56,665 nt of DNA. Source: Chloroflexota bacterium (lineage in GTDB: Bacteria; Chloroflexota; UBA6077; SHYK01). The DNA lies in contig JAERMM010000006.1 in NCBI GenBank assembly GCA_016844585.1, positions 1-56,665 of the forward strand, read 5' to 3'. The notes below the pieces were generated by a model that saw nothing but the letters and a program-made list of their open reading frames with translations, made no database searches and had not been told where the DNA came from. Position numbers and translations under genes: made by a program. Positions within the stretch are counted from its first letter, which is position 1. Each line of letters begins with the position of its first letter. Shown here piece after piece: positions 16,657-26,853 of this stretch.

Positions 16657-18339
16657 GTGAAAGCGTTGTGGGTACTGTTCACGGCCGTCATTGTGCTCAT
16701 CGCCTGCGGACAACCCGCGGCTTCACCCATAAGGAGTGCTGACTCAGCGCCAGATGGGTCAGCACCGATCGCTCCAAAAACGCTGATCATCGCCCTGGAG
16801 GGTGAGCCGGGCAATCTTGACTCCGGAATCGAGGGTGGCGGGCTGAGCCCGACCGGGGTCCAGCTTGCGGTACACGATCGACTCGCCGGCTACAACGAGC
16901 GCGGCCAACTGGTTCCCCGTTTAGCCGTCAGCCTGCCATCTCAGACCGATGGCACCTGGATCATTCGGCCGAACGGCACGATGCAAACGACCTATCGCAT
17001 CCACCGGAACGTTATCTGGCACGACGGTACCCCTCTCACCTCCAGGGACTTCGTCTTCGCCCTGACGATGCACCAGGACAAGGATCTGCCTGTTGGTCCG
17101 AGGACGTCCGCCGCCGCGCTGGAACGCATCGAGACACCAGATGACTTCACGCTGATAATGGTTATCGACGAGGACCTCGGGCCGTTGCCGGCGCACATTC
17201 TCGATCCGCCGTATCGAGAGGACAAAGAGCGATTCGTAACCCTGCCCTATTGGAAGCGCGAATTCATCGGCGTTGGCCCCTACCGAGTGGTCGAGTGGGA
17301 GCCAGGCAGCCACCTCACGGTCAAAGCGCACGAGCAATACTACGGCGGGCGTCCGAAGATCGAAACCGTGCAGTTCCGGTTCATCCCCAATCCGGCGACG
17401 GCCATGGCTAACCTCCTGGCCGGGGCGATCGACGGCGTTATCCCGCGCGCGGTTGACTTCAGCCAGGCCATGTTCGTGAAGGATGAATGGCTACGCGCCG
17501 GCAAACAGCCCTCCGTGTTCGTCGAACCAACCCATTGGCGTCTCTTGAGCATTCAGTTTCGCGAGGGTAGAACCGACCCGCCGGAGCTCCGCGACGTGCA
17601 GGTTCGGCGAGGGTTGCTGCACGCCATCGACCGTACTGCCCTGGTCAACGCGCTCCTCGACGGCCAGGCGCCTATATCTGACGGCATCATCCCGCCCGTC
17701 GACCCGAAGTGGGACTGGGTCAAGGATGTGGCGATTCGCTACGACTACGACCCCCGCCGTGCCCTGGAGCTGCTCAGGAGCGTTGGCTGGCAACGCAGCG
17801 ACGGTGGACCCCTTGTAAACGCTAACGGCCAGCAAGTGAGCATCTCAACCTGGACAACCCCCGGCGAGCAGAACGTGCAGGAGCAGGCAATCGTCAGCGA
17901 TTACTGGAAGGCGCTGGGCATCAATGTCATTCAAACCATCATTCCCCAGGCCCAGCAGCGGGACCGTGAGTTGCGGACCGCCTATCCCGCCTTCGATCAG
18001 ACCTCTGTTCCTTTGGCCGGTGCAACCTCCCTCTATCGGGTTCATTCGGCCCACTGCGCCCGCGAGCCGCAATGGAACGGGAACAATCGTGGCTGCTACG
18101 AGAACCCGGCCATGGATAGGATCGTCGACGGGCTGGCGCTCGCAATCAATCCGGACGAGGAGCGCCGCCTGTTCCGCGATCTCATCCGCTTTTACGCGGA
18201 GGAACTTCCGGTTTTGCCGCTCTACTTCAACGTCGAAGTCACTGTCTTCCGAGATGGCATCACCGGACTCAAGGGAAACTCGAAACCGCGAACCAGTCAC
18301 ACATGGAACATCCAGGAGTGGGACGTAGTCGATCGGTAG
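16657..18339 (+). CDS. ABC transporter substrate-binding lipoprotein, family 5
   Basis: GTG 16657 gives VKALWVLFTAVIVLIACGQ (lipobox). Paralogous to 1467-3218 along its length. No transporter partners adjacent. Confidence 0.8.
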   Translation: MKALWVLFTAVIVLIACGQPAASPIRSADSAPDGSAPIAPKTLIIALEGEPGNLDSGIEGGGLSPTGVQLAVHDRLAGYNERGQLVPRLAVSLPSQTDGTWIIRPNGTMQTTYRIHRNVIWHDGTPLTSRDFVFALTMHQDKDLPVGPRTSAAALERIETPDDFTLIMVIDEDLGPLPAHILDPPYREDKERFVTLPYWKREFIGVGPYRVVEWEPGSHLTVKAHEQYYGGRPKIETVQFRFIPNPATAMANLLAGAIDGVIPRAVDFSQAMFVKDEWLRAGKQPSVFVEPTHWRLLSIQFREGRTDPPELRDVQVRRGLLHAIDRTALVNALLDGQAPISDGIIPPVDPKWDWVKDVAIRYDYDPRRALELLRSVGWQRSDGGPLVNANGQQVSISTWTTPGEQNVQEQAIVSDYWKALGINVIQTIIPQAQQRDRELRTAYPAFDQTSVPLAGATSLYRVHSAHCAREPQWNGNNRGCYENPAMDRIVDGLALAINPDEERRLFRDLIRFYAEELPVLPLYFNVEVTVFRDGITGLKGNSKPRTSHTWNIQEWDVVDR

Positions 18340-18462
18340 TGTCCCATCCGCCGGGTCATGCGGAATCCGCCACGGTTCGTAGGATGGCCGGTCTGACGCC
18401 AGCATAACCTGTCCCCTATAATCGAACTGAATGCGACGATGTTTGGCCAACGGGACCATTAG

Positions 18463-19665
18463 GTGGGGGCACTCGCGCTTGGGCGAGATGCCCTTTTTTC
18501 TTGCCCGCCGGTCGACGCGGGAGGAACCAGGACGTTGATCGAAGCAGCCGTTAGTGGATTTGACATTTTCGAGTTGGACTCACTCGTGGCCCAGGCGGTG
18601 CGCGAGGCGGGATACGAGCAGCCGACGCCCGTTCAGGCGGCGGCAATTCCAATCTTTCGGGCGGGACGAGACCTGATCGCCCAGGCCCAGACGGGCACTG
18701 GCAAGACAGCGGCTTTCGGCATTCCGATTGCTGAGGTTGTTGACCCCAGCAAGAAAGGCATCCAGGCGCTGGTGCTCGCTCCGACGAGAGAGCTCGCGAC
18801 CCAGATCACCAGCGAGTTGACGCGACTCGGGAAACATCGCGGCGTCAACGTGTGCGCGGTGTACGGCGGCGCGTCCATGCAGGTGCAGATCGACGCACTC
18901 CCCCACTCCTCGGTTGTCGTGGGAACGCCGGGTCGCATAATGGACCTGATGCGGCGCGGGTACCTCGACATCCGCGCCGTTCGCATCGTCGTCCTGGACG
19001 AGGCCGACCGTATGCTGGACATGGGGTTCCTGCCAGACGTCGAGTACATCATTCGCCAGACACCACGCTCACGCCAGACTGGCCTCTTCTCCGCCACTAT
19101 CACGAACCTGGTGCGGCGGCTCGCGAACCGCTACTTGCGGGACCCGGAGTCTGTCGCGATAACGCCCGAAGAGCGAACCGTGTCCACCGTCCGCCAGATC
19201 GCGTATGAGGTAGCAGAGCGCGACAAGACGAGCGCACTCCTGGAGGTCCTCGAGCGCGAGGAGCCGCAGAGCGCGATCATCTTCTGCCACATGCAGGTGA
19301 CAGTCGACCGCGTTACCATGCGTATGCAGCGTCGTGGTCTGCCGGTGCGCGCCATTCATGGCAGCCTGAGCCAAACGGAGCGCGAGGCTACGATCGCCGG
19401 TTTCCGAGATGGAAAGGTTCGCTACCTTGTGGCGACGAACCTCGCCGCCCGCGGGCTGGACATCCTTCATGTGTCGCACATCATCAACTACGACGTTGCC
19501 GAAGACGGCGAGACGTACATTCATCGCATCGGACGGACCGCCCGCATGGGCCGTGAGGGAACCGCGATCAGCTTCGTCGCGGAATGGGACGCCGAGGCGT
19601 TCGAGGCTGTCAAGAAGGTGGCCGGCGACAACCTTGAAATGGGCAGGCTGGACCTCTACAGCTAA
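18463..19665 (+). CDS. DEAD-box ATP-dependent RNA helicase
   Basis: Q-motif region GYEQPTPVQ, AQTGTGKT, PTRELA, VLDEADRMLDMGF, SAT, and ARGLDI..YIHRIGRTAR. True start may be internal. Confidence 0.9.
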   Translation: MGALALGRDALFSCPPVDAGGTRTLIEAAVSGFDIFELDSLVAQAVREAGYEQPTPVQAAAIPIFRAGRDLIAQAQTGTGKTAAFGIPIAEVVDPSKKGIQALVLAPTRELATQITSELTRLGKHRGVNVCAVYGGASMQVQIDALPHSSVVVGTPGRIMDLMRRGYLDIRAVRIVVLDEADRMLDMGFLPDVEYIIRQTPRSRQTGLFSATITNLVRRLANRYLRDPESVAITPEERTVSTVRQIAYEVAERDKTSALLEVLEREEPQSAIIFCHMQVTVDRVTMRMQRRGLPVRAIHGSLSQTEREATIAGFRDGKVRYLVATNLAARGLDILHVSHIINYDVAEDGETYIHRIGRTARMGREGTAISFVAEWDAEAFEAVKKVAGDNLEMGRLDLYS

Positions 19666-19684
19666 CTCGTATCATGGTGCGACT

Positions 19685-20899
19685 ATGAGTCAGTACAACA
19701 TTCTCCCGGTCGAAGAAGCGTTCGCGATTATCCGCTCGGTCGTGCGTCCGCTCGATCCTGAGCGGGTCGAAACCGCCGCGGCCGACGGCCGCATTCTTGC
19801 CGAGGATGTTTCCTCGACCGAGAATGTTCCTCCATTTCGCGCCTCCACGGTCGACGGTTTTGCCGTCGTGGCTGACGACCCTGCTCGTTCGAAGCACGTG
19901 GTCCAGGAGATCACGGCTGGGGCTCTGGCGGGACCGACCCTTTTAATCGGGACGGCCGCCCGGATCATGACCGGCGCTCCGCTCCCAGATGGCGCGGACG
20001 CTGTCGTCATGATCGAGGACACTCACCAGGAAGACGGGTCGGTCGTCCTCGATCACACCGTGAAGCACGGGGAGAACGTACGCCCGATCGGGATCGACGT
20101 GGCCAGGGGGGACGTCGCTCTGCGGCGAGGCGCGGTGCTCAACAACGCTGAGTTGGGTCTGCTGATGACCCTGGGCTACACCCAGGTCCAGTGTTTCCGA
20201 CGACCAGTGGTGGCCGTACTGTCCACCGGCGACGAACTAGTCGAGCCGTGGGAGGATGTGCCTCTTGGCTCGATTCGTGACAGCAATCGATATGCCCTGA
20301 TGGCGGCGATCCGCGAGGCGGGTGGCGTGCCGCTTTCGCTTGGACACGCCAGGGACGATCGCGACCTGCAGACCCAGCTGCTGCGAGAGGGCGTGGAGCA
20401 GGCCGATGTCCTGATCACATCGGGAGGCGTCTCAGTCGGGGACCGCGATTACATCAAGCCCGCGCTGGAAGAACTGGGGAAGGTCCATTTTGGACGCATC
20501 GCCTTTCGCCCCGGTATGCCGCTCACTTTCGCAGAAGTGGGGAGGGCTCTCGTGTTCGGCCTGCCCGGCAACCCGGTGTCGTCGTTGGTGACGTTCGAGG
20601 TCTTTGTTCGCCCCACCCTTCGCTCACTGCAGGGTGATCCCCATCCGCTGCGGCCCCGAGTCGAAGTCGAGTTGGAGCATGAGTTTCAGCTCGGCGGCAG
20701 CCGCCTCGAGTACCACCGGGTCATCGCGCGCTGGGCGGATGGCCGCCTCCTGGCCCGCAGCACCGGCTCGCAGATATCGAGCCGCCTCCTCTCCATGGCC
20801 GGTCACAACGCCCTTGCTATCATCCCCATGGGTAATGGCGTCGTCCGCGCTGGGGAGCGTCTCCCCGCGATACTCACCGGCCCTATCCTCTCCGAATAG
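19685..20899 (+). CDS. moeA: Molybdopterin molybdenumtransferase
   Basis: MSQYNILPVEEAF..., STGDELV, and ITSGGVSVGDRDY..GLPGNPVSS. The ORF-track extension to 19409 overlaps the helicase. Confidence 0.9.
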   Translation: MSQYNILPVEEAFAIIRSVVRPLDPERVETAAADGRILAEDVSSTENVPPFRASTVDGFAVVADDPARSKHVVQEITAGALAGPTLLIGTAARIMTGAPLPDGADAVVMIEDTHQEDGSVVLDHTVKHGENVRPIGIDVARGDVALRRGAVLNNAELGLLMTLGYTQVQCFRRPVVAVLSTGDELVEPWEDVPLGSIRDSNRYALMAAIREAGGVPLSLGHARDDRDLQTQLLREGVEQADVLITSGGVSVGDRDYIKPALEELGKVHFGRIAFRPGMPLTFAEVGRALVFGLPGNPVSSLVTFEVFVRPTLRSLQGDPHPLRPRVEVELEHEFQLGGSRLEYHRVIARWADGRLLARSTGSQISSRLLSMAGHNALAIIPMGNGVVRAGERLPAILTGPILSE

Positions 20900-21044
20900 G
20901 CCAACGTACTGGTGCCCCCCGGGGGGGCCTGATATCAGAATCCCGCCACGAAGGTGCCGCCGCGGGTCTCAGGGGGAAACGGATTCCGCCCCCTGTGCTG
21001 CCTCGTGGTATGGTGTGGGGACGCAAGCAGCCGGGGGCTAGACT

Positions 21045-21590
21045 GTGGCGACCACGACGAGACTGATGACGGCCGAAGAGTTCGAGCAGCATCCGTCCAG
21101 CAGATGGGCCGAGCTGGTCGACGGGGTGGTGATTGAGCTTATGCCGGCAGCACCACCACACGGCATCATCGCGGCGACGATCGCATTATTGTTGGGCAAT
21201 TTCGTAAGGCCCCGACACGTCGGGACCGTCCTCGTTGAAGGCGGGTTCATCATTCGGCGGAATCCGGACACTGTCCGTGGACCTGACGTGGCCTTCATTC
21301 GCGCAGAGCGAATGCCGACCGCACCGGCCCCTCGCGGCTTCTGGGAATTGGCGCCGGACCTGGTAGTCGAGATCATCTCGCCCAGCAACACGCGGGCGGA
21401 GGTGCAGACCAAGATCCGCGAATACCTCGAGGCGGGTGTGCCGCTCGTCTGGTCGGTGGATCCCGATGCCCGCACCGTCGAGGTGGTCCATTCGCTCTAC
21501 GACCGCGTGCTGCTCTCGGAGGACGACGTCATCCATAGTGATGACGTGATCCTGGGCTTCAGCTGCCCGATTCGAGAGATCTTCGAGTAG
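21045..21590 (+). CDS. Uma2-family (DUF820) putative endonuclease
   Basis: MTAEEFEQHP..RWAELVDGVVIELMPAAPPHG...PDVAFIRAERM..APDLVVEIISPSN...KIREYLEAGVPLVWSVDP. Confidence 0.8.
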   Translation: MATTTRLMTAEEFEQHPSSRWAELVDGVVIELMPAAPPHGIIAATIALLLGNFVRPRHVGTVLVEGGFIIRRNPDTVRGPDVAFIRAERMPTAPAPRGFWELAPDLVVEIISPSNTRAEVQTKIREYLEAGVPLVWSVDPDARTVEVVHSLYDRVLLSEDDVIHSDDVILGFSCPIREIFE

Positions 21591-21660
21591 ACGGAACCCC
21601 AAAACCCGTGCCTGCCGAGGAGTGCCCCCAGGTGAAGCCTTGATGGGTCGGTCCTACCCC

Positions 21661-22530
21661 TTAGACGAACTCTAGCTTGATCGCCTCGAGAAGGTCGATT
21701 GGCTGCTCGACCGATTTGCGGCAGAGTGGGCCGTCGCGCAACTGTGAAACCTGTTCCTCATACGTTGGCCGACTGTCGTCCTGGAAAATGACGCCGATGG
21801 GGATTCGGTCGCCCCACTCCTTCGCTTTGTCCCAGGCAGCGTCGAAGTCGCCGGCATTGTAGCTCGGGTCGTCGTCCAGCTTGTAGACGCGCTCCTTGTA
21901 CCAGGCGCCAGTATTGACTTTGTTGTAGGTGATGCACGGCTGGAGAATATCGATCAGCGAGTAGCCCTTGTGGTTGATCGCCTTAACGATCAACTCGCGC
22001 AGGTGCCTGGGATCGTTCGCGAAACCGCGGCTGACAAACGACGCGCCACCTGCCATCGCAAGCGCAATCGGGTTCACCTGGACCTCGATGGCGCCCTCGG
22101 GCGACGTTGTGCTCAGGAAGCCCTTCTGGCTGGTCGGGGAGTACTGGCCCTTTGTCAGGCCATAGACCTGGTTGTTTTCCACGATGTGCGTCAGATCCGG
22201 ATTGCGGCGCATGGTGTGCATGAAGTGGTTGCCGCCAATACCGTATCCGTCGCCGTCGCCGCTGAACACCACGACCCGCAGGTCGTGATTGGCCAGCTTG
22301 GCGCCCGTTGCAACCGGCAGTGCCCGGCCGTGCAAAGAGTCATAGCCGTTTGCCTTCATGTAGTACGGCAGCTTGCTGCCGCATCCGATGCCGGACACGA
22401 GGAGCACGTCAGTCGGCAGCAGGTCCAGATTTGCAAAGGCCCACTGCACGGACGCGAGAATCCCGAAGTCGCCGCAGCCTACGCACCACGTGGCCTTCTC
22501 ATCGTTGTTGAACAGCTTGATGTCAGACAC
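21661..22530 (-). CDS. korB: 2-oxoacid:ferredoxin oxidoreductase, beta (TPP-binding) subunit
   Basis: TWCVGCGDFGIL, GIGCGSKLPYY and FSGDGDGYGIGGNHFMH. Confidence 0.9.
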   Translation of the reverse strand: MSDIKLFNNDEKATWCVGCGDFGILASVQWAFANLDLLPTDVLLVSGIGCGSKLPYYMKANGYDSLHGRALPVATGAKLANHDLRVVVFSGDGDGYGIGGNHFMHTMRRNPDLTHIVENNQVYGLTKGQYSPTSQKGFLSTTSPEGAIEVQVNPIALAMAGGASFVSRGFANDPRHLRELIVKAINHKGYSLIDILQPCITYNKVNTGAWYKERVYKLDDDPSYNAGDFDAAWDKAKEWGDRIPIGVIFQDDSRPTYEEQVSQLRDGPLCRKSVEQPIDLLEAIKLEFV

Positions 22531-24391
22531 GGGCCAAAACTCCTTCGCGCACCTTCTGCGCCAGCTCGTCTCCGCTGAACGGGCGACCGTCGTACTTGAG
22601 AATCTTGTGCTTGAAGTCGATGCCGGTCACCATACGGATGACGAGCGCGAGCTGTGCGGTGTAGTTGTTCTCGATGTCGATGGCCCGCCGCGCGCTCCCG
22701 AGGATGCGCTCCGTCGCCTCTTTCGGGAAAGGCCAGATGTCGAAATAATGCAGATGGTTGACGTGAAGCCCTTCGGCTTCGAGGAGCAGGCGGGCCTCAT
22801 GGATCGGGCCATACGTGCTGCCCCAGCCGACGAGGGTCAACTCAGCGTCCTGCGGACCTTCGAGCAGCGGCGGGCGAATGTCTCGCGCCGCCATGTCCGC
22901 CTTACGCATGCGCTTGTCCATCTGCAGGACGCGCATCTCGGCCTCTTCGACCGCCTGCCCGTTTTCGTAATGCTCGTCACTCGTGGTGAGCACAACCGCG
23001 TTCTTGTGGCCCGGCAGCGCACGGGGGGAAATGCCCGATGGGGTGATCTTATGGCGCAGATAGGGCTCTGTCAGCACGTCCAGATCGGCATCGGTCAGCA
23101 GTTCGCCACGGTCGATTGGCTCAGGCCGCACGTTGAATCGCTCTGGATCGACCGCGCGCACGGCAGTCGACTGATTCATGTCGGTGAGGATGAATACCGG
23201 TGTCTGGTACTTCTCGGCGAAGTTGAAAGCGCGGTAGCCAGCCAGGAAGCATTCCTCGAGAGTGCCAGGCGCCAGGATGACTCGTGGGAACTCGCCTTGC
23301 GACGCGTGGAGGACGAACTGCAGGTCTGACTGCTCGGTTCGCGTCGGCAGACCGGTTGAGGGCCCTCCCCGCTGGGCCAGAACCACGACGAGTGGGGTCT
23401 CGGTCATTGCAGCCAGCCCGACCGCCTCGACCATCAACGACAGGCCGCCACCCGAGGTTGACGTCATTGCACGGACACCGGTATGCGCGGCGCCGATAGC
23501 CATCAAGATCGCGGTGATCTCGTCCTCGCACTGCTTCACGACGATACCAAGCTTTCGTGAGTGCGCGGCGAGCCATTCGGATACGGTCGTTGCCGGCGTC
23601 ATGGGGTACATCGAGATCCAGCGGCAGCCCGCCGCCGCGGCGCCAAACGCGATCGCCTGGTTGCCGTTGATCACCATGCGTGGGTTCGATAGTATCGGTT
23701 TGACCTTCCAACCAAAATCCGCGCCGAACTCGCGTGACCCTTCTTCGTACGCAGCACGAGCTACCGCGACGTTCGCGTCGGCAATCGCTGCGCCCTTCTT
23801 GCCGCCGAAGTTCTCGCGGATGATCTGCTCGATGTATTCGAACGGAAGGTCTGTCATGCCGGCAGCCACGGCGACGGCGGCGGTGTTCACCATCAGTTTC
23901 ACGGTCGCGGCAACCGTCGGAGGGGCGAAGTCGGCGGCGATCAGTATGTTGCCGCCCTCGCGCTGGGCGATCTCGGTGAGCGGCACGCGGATCGGCTTCA
24001 CGCCTCGATCGGTGAGGCGGCCGTCGTCAATCTTGAGCGCTGCGTCCATGATCACTGCGCCGCCAGGCACGACCTCGTGGAGGTGCGCTTCGACGGTCTG
24101 GATGTCCAGTGGGAGCAACACCTGGACGCCTGAATCCGTGGCCTGGATGTCCCGATCACTCACGCGGATCTGGAAAAAGTTATGTCCACCACGAATGCGG
24201 GACATGTAGTCCTGCAAGCCATAAACAAAGAGTCCAGCCCGCGCAAAAGCTTTCGTGAACCCTGCGCCGCTGGACTCGGATCCCTGACCGGCCTCGCCGC
24301 CAATCTTGAACGTTACATTGTTGACTACGACCGCCACAGGCGTCTCCCGGAGGCGGAGCCTGATGTCCGCTTCATTTCGACCGGACTTCAA
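22523..24391 (-). CDS. korA: 2-oxoacid:ferredoxin oxidoreductase, alpha subunit with N-terminal gamma-type domain
   Basis: 622 aa. FKIGGEAGQGSESSG...YMSRIRGGHN (gamma domain), then YPMTPAT...GGGLSLM. Overlaps korB by 8 nt. Confidence 0.9.
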   Translation of the reverse strand: MKSGRNEADIRLRLRETPVAVVVNNVTFKIGGEAGQGSESSGAGFTKAFARAGLFVYGLQDYMSRIRGGHNFFQIRVSDRDIQATDSGVQVLLPLDIQTVEAHLHEVVPGGAVIMDAALKIDDGRLTDRGVKPIRVPLTEIAQREGGNILIAADFAPPTVAATVKLMVNTAAVAVAAGMTDLPFEYIEQIIRENFGGKKGAAIADANVAVARAAYEEGSREFGADFGWKVKPILSNPRMVINGNQAIAFGAAAAGCRWISMYPMTPATTVSEWLAAHSRKLGIVVKQCEDEITAILMAIGAAHTGVRAMTSTSGGGLSLMVEAVGLAAMTETPLVVVLAQRGGPSTGLPTRTEQSDLQFVLHASQGEFPRVILAPGTLEECFLAGYRAFNFAEKYQTPVFILTDMNQSTAVRAVDPERFNVRPEPIDRGELLTDADLDVLTEPYLRHKITPSGISPRALPGHKNAVVLTTSDEHYENGQAVEEAEMRVLQMDKRMRKADMAARDIRPPLLEGPQDAELTLVGWGSTYGPIHEARLLLEAEGLHVNHLHYFDIWPFPKEATERILGSARRAIDIENNYTAQLALVIRMVTGIDFKHKILKYDGRPFSGDELAQKVREGVLARV

Positions 24392-24531
24392 GCCCCCCTG
24401 TTATGTTCGTCATGTCAAAAACCCAGGCATTCTAACAGGAATCCGTACCACGCTCGACAGCACTCTGCACAAAGAACGCCTCAGTCAAGGCAGCCGGTTG
24501 TACGAATGAGAGGCTCAGCTAAGAGGGCGCG

Positions 24532-24888
24532 TCAACTGCAGGAGCGCGCGGTTTCGCTGTCGCTGCCCGTGTCAAATGAGTGTCCGCAGGCGCAGCTCTT
24601 GACAGCGTTCGGATTGTGAATGCTGAAGCCGCCACCCATGAGCTGATCGGCGAAATCGATCTCCGAGCCGCCCAGGTACATGGCGCTCATCTCGTCAACG
24701 CGGATGCGCAGCCCATCGTGCACGAAGGTCTCGTCACCCTCTTGTTCCTCGTCATCGAACGCCATGCCGTAGCTCATGCCGGAGCACCCACCAGGAGACA
24801 CAAAGACGCGCAACGCTACGCGGTCGCGATCTTGATCCGCCACCAGACGCCTCAACTCGCTGGCTGCCGGTTCGGTAATCGTAATCAT
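24532..24888 (-). CDS. Iron-sulfur cluster insertion protein (HesB/IscA/ErpA family)
   Basis: ITITEPAASELRRL..LRVFVSPGGCSGMSYGM...FSIHNPNAVKSCACGHSF. ATG 24888 is preferred over TTG 24909. Confidence 0.85.
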   Translation of the reverse strand: MITITEPAASELRRLVADQDRDRVALRVFVSPGGCSGMSYGMAFDDEEQEGDETFVHDGLRIRVDEMSAMYLGGSEIDFADQLMGGGFSIHNPNAVKSCACGHSFDTGSDSETARSCS

Positions 24889-25136
24889 GAGAACCTGCCC
24901 CCGTAACAAGCGCTTGACTCAGCGCCATGTACCCAAGTGCAAGTATATCGAAATCTCGCTTCTCCTTCGCTCCTTCATCGGTCTGATCACCGCCGCCAGC
25001 CCTTCTTTAGAGCCCTGAAGGCACGGGCGTCTCTCCAAACGCCCGCTCCATTCTCGCGCCGGGCGGCCCCATGCACAGCTGTCTCCAGGCGTCACGTGTA
25101 TGCTCGGATAGAATCGTTACAGAAAGGAGCGCAACG

Positions 25137-25805
25137 TTGGCAAAGGCAGCGACCTGCACAAAGGAAGATCTGCTCGCCGAGCTGCGCGACGCCGGCATTA
25201 CCGACGAGCGCGTGCTTCAAGCCATCGCCTCGGTTGCAAGGGAGCAGTTTGTGCCGCTGGATCTCCGCCCGCGAGCCTGGGAAAACTGTGCCCTTCCGAT
25301 CGGCGATGATCAGTCCATCTCGCAGCCGTCTGTCGTGTCGAATATGGTCGAGGCCGCGGGCCTGGCCCCATCCCATCGCGTGCTTGAGATTGGCACCGGC
25401 TCGGGCTACGGGGCCGCCATTCTGTCCCAGCTTGCGCGTGAGGTGGTGACGGTCGAGATCCGGCCCATACTCGCCCTCGAGGCCGCTGAACGCCTGAGAA
25501 ATCTGCGGTTCGACAATGTAACTGTCCTGCAGGCGGATGGCAGTCTTGGATGGCCCGCGCGTGGACCGTACGACGCCATTCTGGTGACCGCGGCGGCGCC
25601 AACGATTGCCGCGAGACTTCTGGCCCAGTTGTCCCCAGACGGGGGGCGGCTGGTAGCGCCAATCGGTTCAATGCGGCGCCAACAGCTCGTGCTCGTGGAA
25701 CGTCACGGCGGGACGCTGCGTTCTCGAGACCTCGGGGGCGTCCGATTCGTTCCCCTCCGCGGAATCGCCGGGTTCGATCCGATCGAAGCCGAGCGCCGTA
25801 ACTAG
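25137..25805 (+). CDS. pcm: Protein-L-isoaspartate O-methyltransferase
   Basis: REQFVP, ISQPSVVSNMVEAAGL and VLEIGTGSGYGAAILS. TTG 25137 is preceded by AAAGGAG; the ORF track starts at 25071. Confidence 0.85.
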   Translation: MAKAATCTKEDLLAELRDAGITDERVLQAIASVAREQFVPLDLRPRAWENCALPIGDDQSISQPSVVSNMVEAAGLAPSHRVLEIGTGSGYGAAILSQLAREVVTVEIRPILALEAAERLRNLRFDNVTVLQADGSLGWPARGPYDAILVTAAAPTIAARLLAQLSPDGGRLVAPIGSMRRQQLVLVERHGGTLRSRDLGGVRFVPLRGIAGFDPIEAERRN

Positions 25806-25808
25806 TAC

Positions 25809-26795
25809 ATGCACGAGTCAAACGGGAGCTTGGCCTCCGCCCAGGCCATTGCGGAGTTCGGCCGCGATCTGACTACCGAAGTCGGCAAGGTCATCGTCGG
25901 AAAGGCCGAGGTGGTCGAGCTGCTCGCGGTGGCGCTGTTATGCGAGAGCCACGTCCTCATCGAGGACGTTCCGGGTACAGGGAAAACGACCCTTGCCAAG
26001 ACGATAGCCCGCTGCCTTGATTGCCAGTTCGTGCGCATTCAGTTCACGCCGGACCTGCTTCCTACCGACGTGACCGGGCTCTTTTTCTACAACCAGAAGA
26101 CAGGCGATTTCGAGATGCGCCCGGGCCCGATTCACGCGAACGTCGTGCTCGCTGACGAGATCAACCGCGCCACTCCGCGGACGCAGTCGAGCCTCCTGGA
26201 GGCAATGGAGGAGCGTCAGGTCACCGTCGAGGGCCAGACACTGCCTCTTCCTCGCCCCTTCTTCGTGCTCGCGACGCAGAACCCTGTAGAGCTCGAGGGG
26301 ACGTTTCCACTCCCAGAGGCGCAGCTCGATCGCTTCCTCCTGCGCCTCGCTGTGGGGTACCCCACTGAGCAGCAGGAGGTGGCCGTACTTCGAAGGTTTC
26401 AATCGTCAACGCCGCTTGATGACGTGAGGCCGATTGCGACCGGCCATCAGGTCCTGCAACTGTCGGGCCAGGCTCGGCAGGTCTACGTGGACGATGCCGT
26501 GGCGGACTACATCGTTGCATTGGCGCGCGCCACCCGCGCCAATGAAGCCGTCGAGCTTGGCGCAAGCCCGCGCGCTACCCTGGGACTTTTCCGTGCCGCC
26601 CAGGCCCTGGCCGCGCTTCGCGGGCGTGGCTTCGTCATCCCTGACGACGTCAAGGACCTTGTCGGCCCGGTGTTCGGTCATCGCTTGATCTTGCGCCATC
26701 AATCGCGGATTCACGGCACGGCGGTCGAACGGGTACTCCGCTCAGTTGTCGACTCAATCGCCGTTCCGGCTGAGCCGGTCATGAGTCGTGAGTAA
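25809..26795 (+). CDS. MoxR-family AAA+ ATPase
   Basis: Walker A DVPGTGKTTLAKT, Walker B VLADEINRATPRTQSSLLEAMEE, and ATQNPVELEGTFPLPEAQLDRF. Confidence 0.9.
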   Translation: MHESNGSLASAQAIAEFGRDLTTEVGKVIVGKAEVVELLAVALLCESHVLIEDVPGTGKTTLAKTIARCLDCQFVRIQFTPDLLPTDVTGLFFYNQKTGDFEMRPGPIHANVVLADEINRATPRTQSSLLEAMEERQVTVEGQTLPLPRPFFVLATQNPVELEGTFPLPEAQLDRFLLRLAVGYPTEQQEVAVLRRFQSSTPLDDVRPIATGHQVLQLSGQARQVYVDDAVADYIVALARATRANEAVELGASPRATLGLFRAAQALAALRGRGFVIPDDVKDLVGPVFGHRLILRHQSRIHGTAVERVLRSVVDSIAVPAEPVMSRE

Positions 26796-26853
26796 CGTGA
26801 CGTCAATGCCACCACGGTTCGTCACGCTCCACGCCCAGCCCAGCTAGTCCGCA

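Noticed and set aside
21001-21044. GGGGACGCAAGCAGCCGGGGGCTA resembles part of the c-di-GMP-I (GEMM-I) riboswitch core GGGACGCAAAGCC.CCGG.
   Set aside because: The partner helix with GGCAAAC and the GNRA/receptor pair is not found upstream. The downstream gene (Uma2 endonuclease) is not a typical GEMM target.
22373-24209. Long ORFs antisense to annotated genes. Examples: 22373-23329 and 23262-24209 opposite korA, 175-1227 opposite the Rieske gene, 48569-49666 opposite ftsA, 37314-38165 opposite ftsL, 42909-43646 opposite murD, 33080-33907, 27229-28008, 39956-40684, 14346-15050, 25198-25821 and 52902-53594.
   Set aside because: The translations are Arg/Pro/Ser/Ala-rich with no recognisable motifs. 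The opposite strand carries clear family signatures in every case. These are typical shadow ORFs of high-GC DNA.
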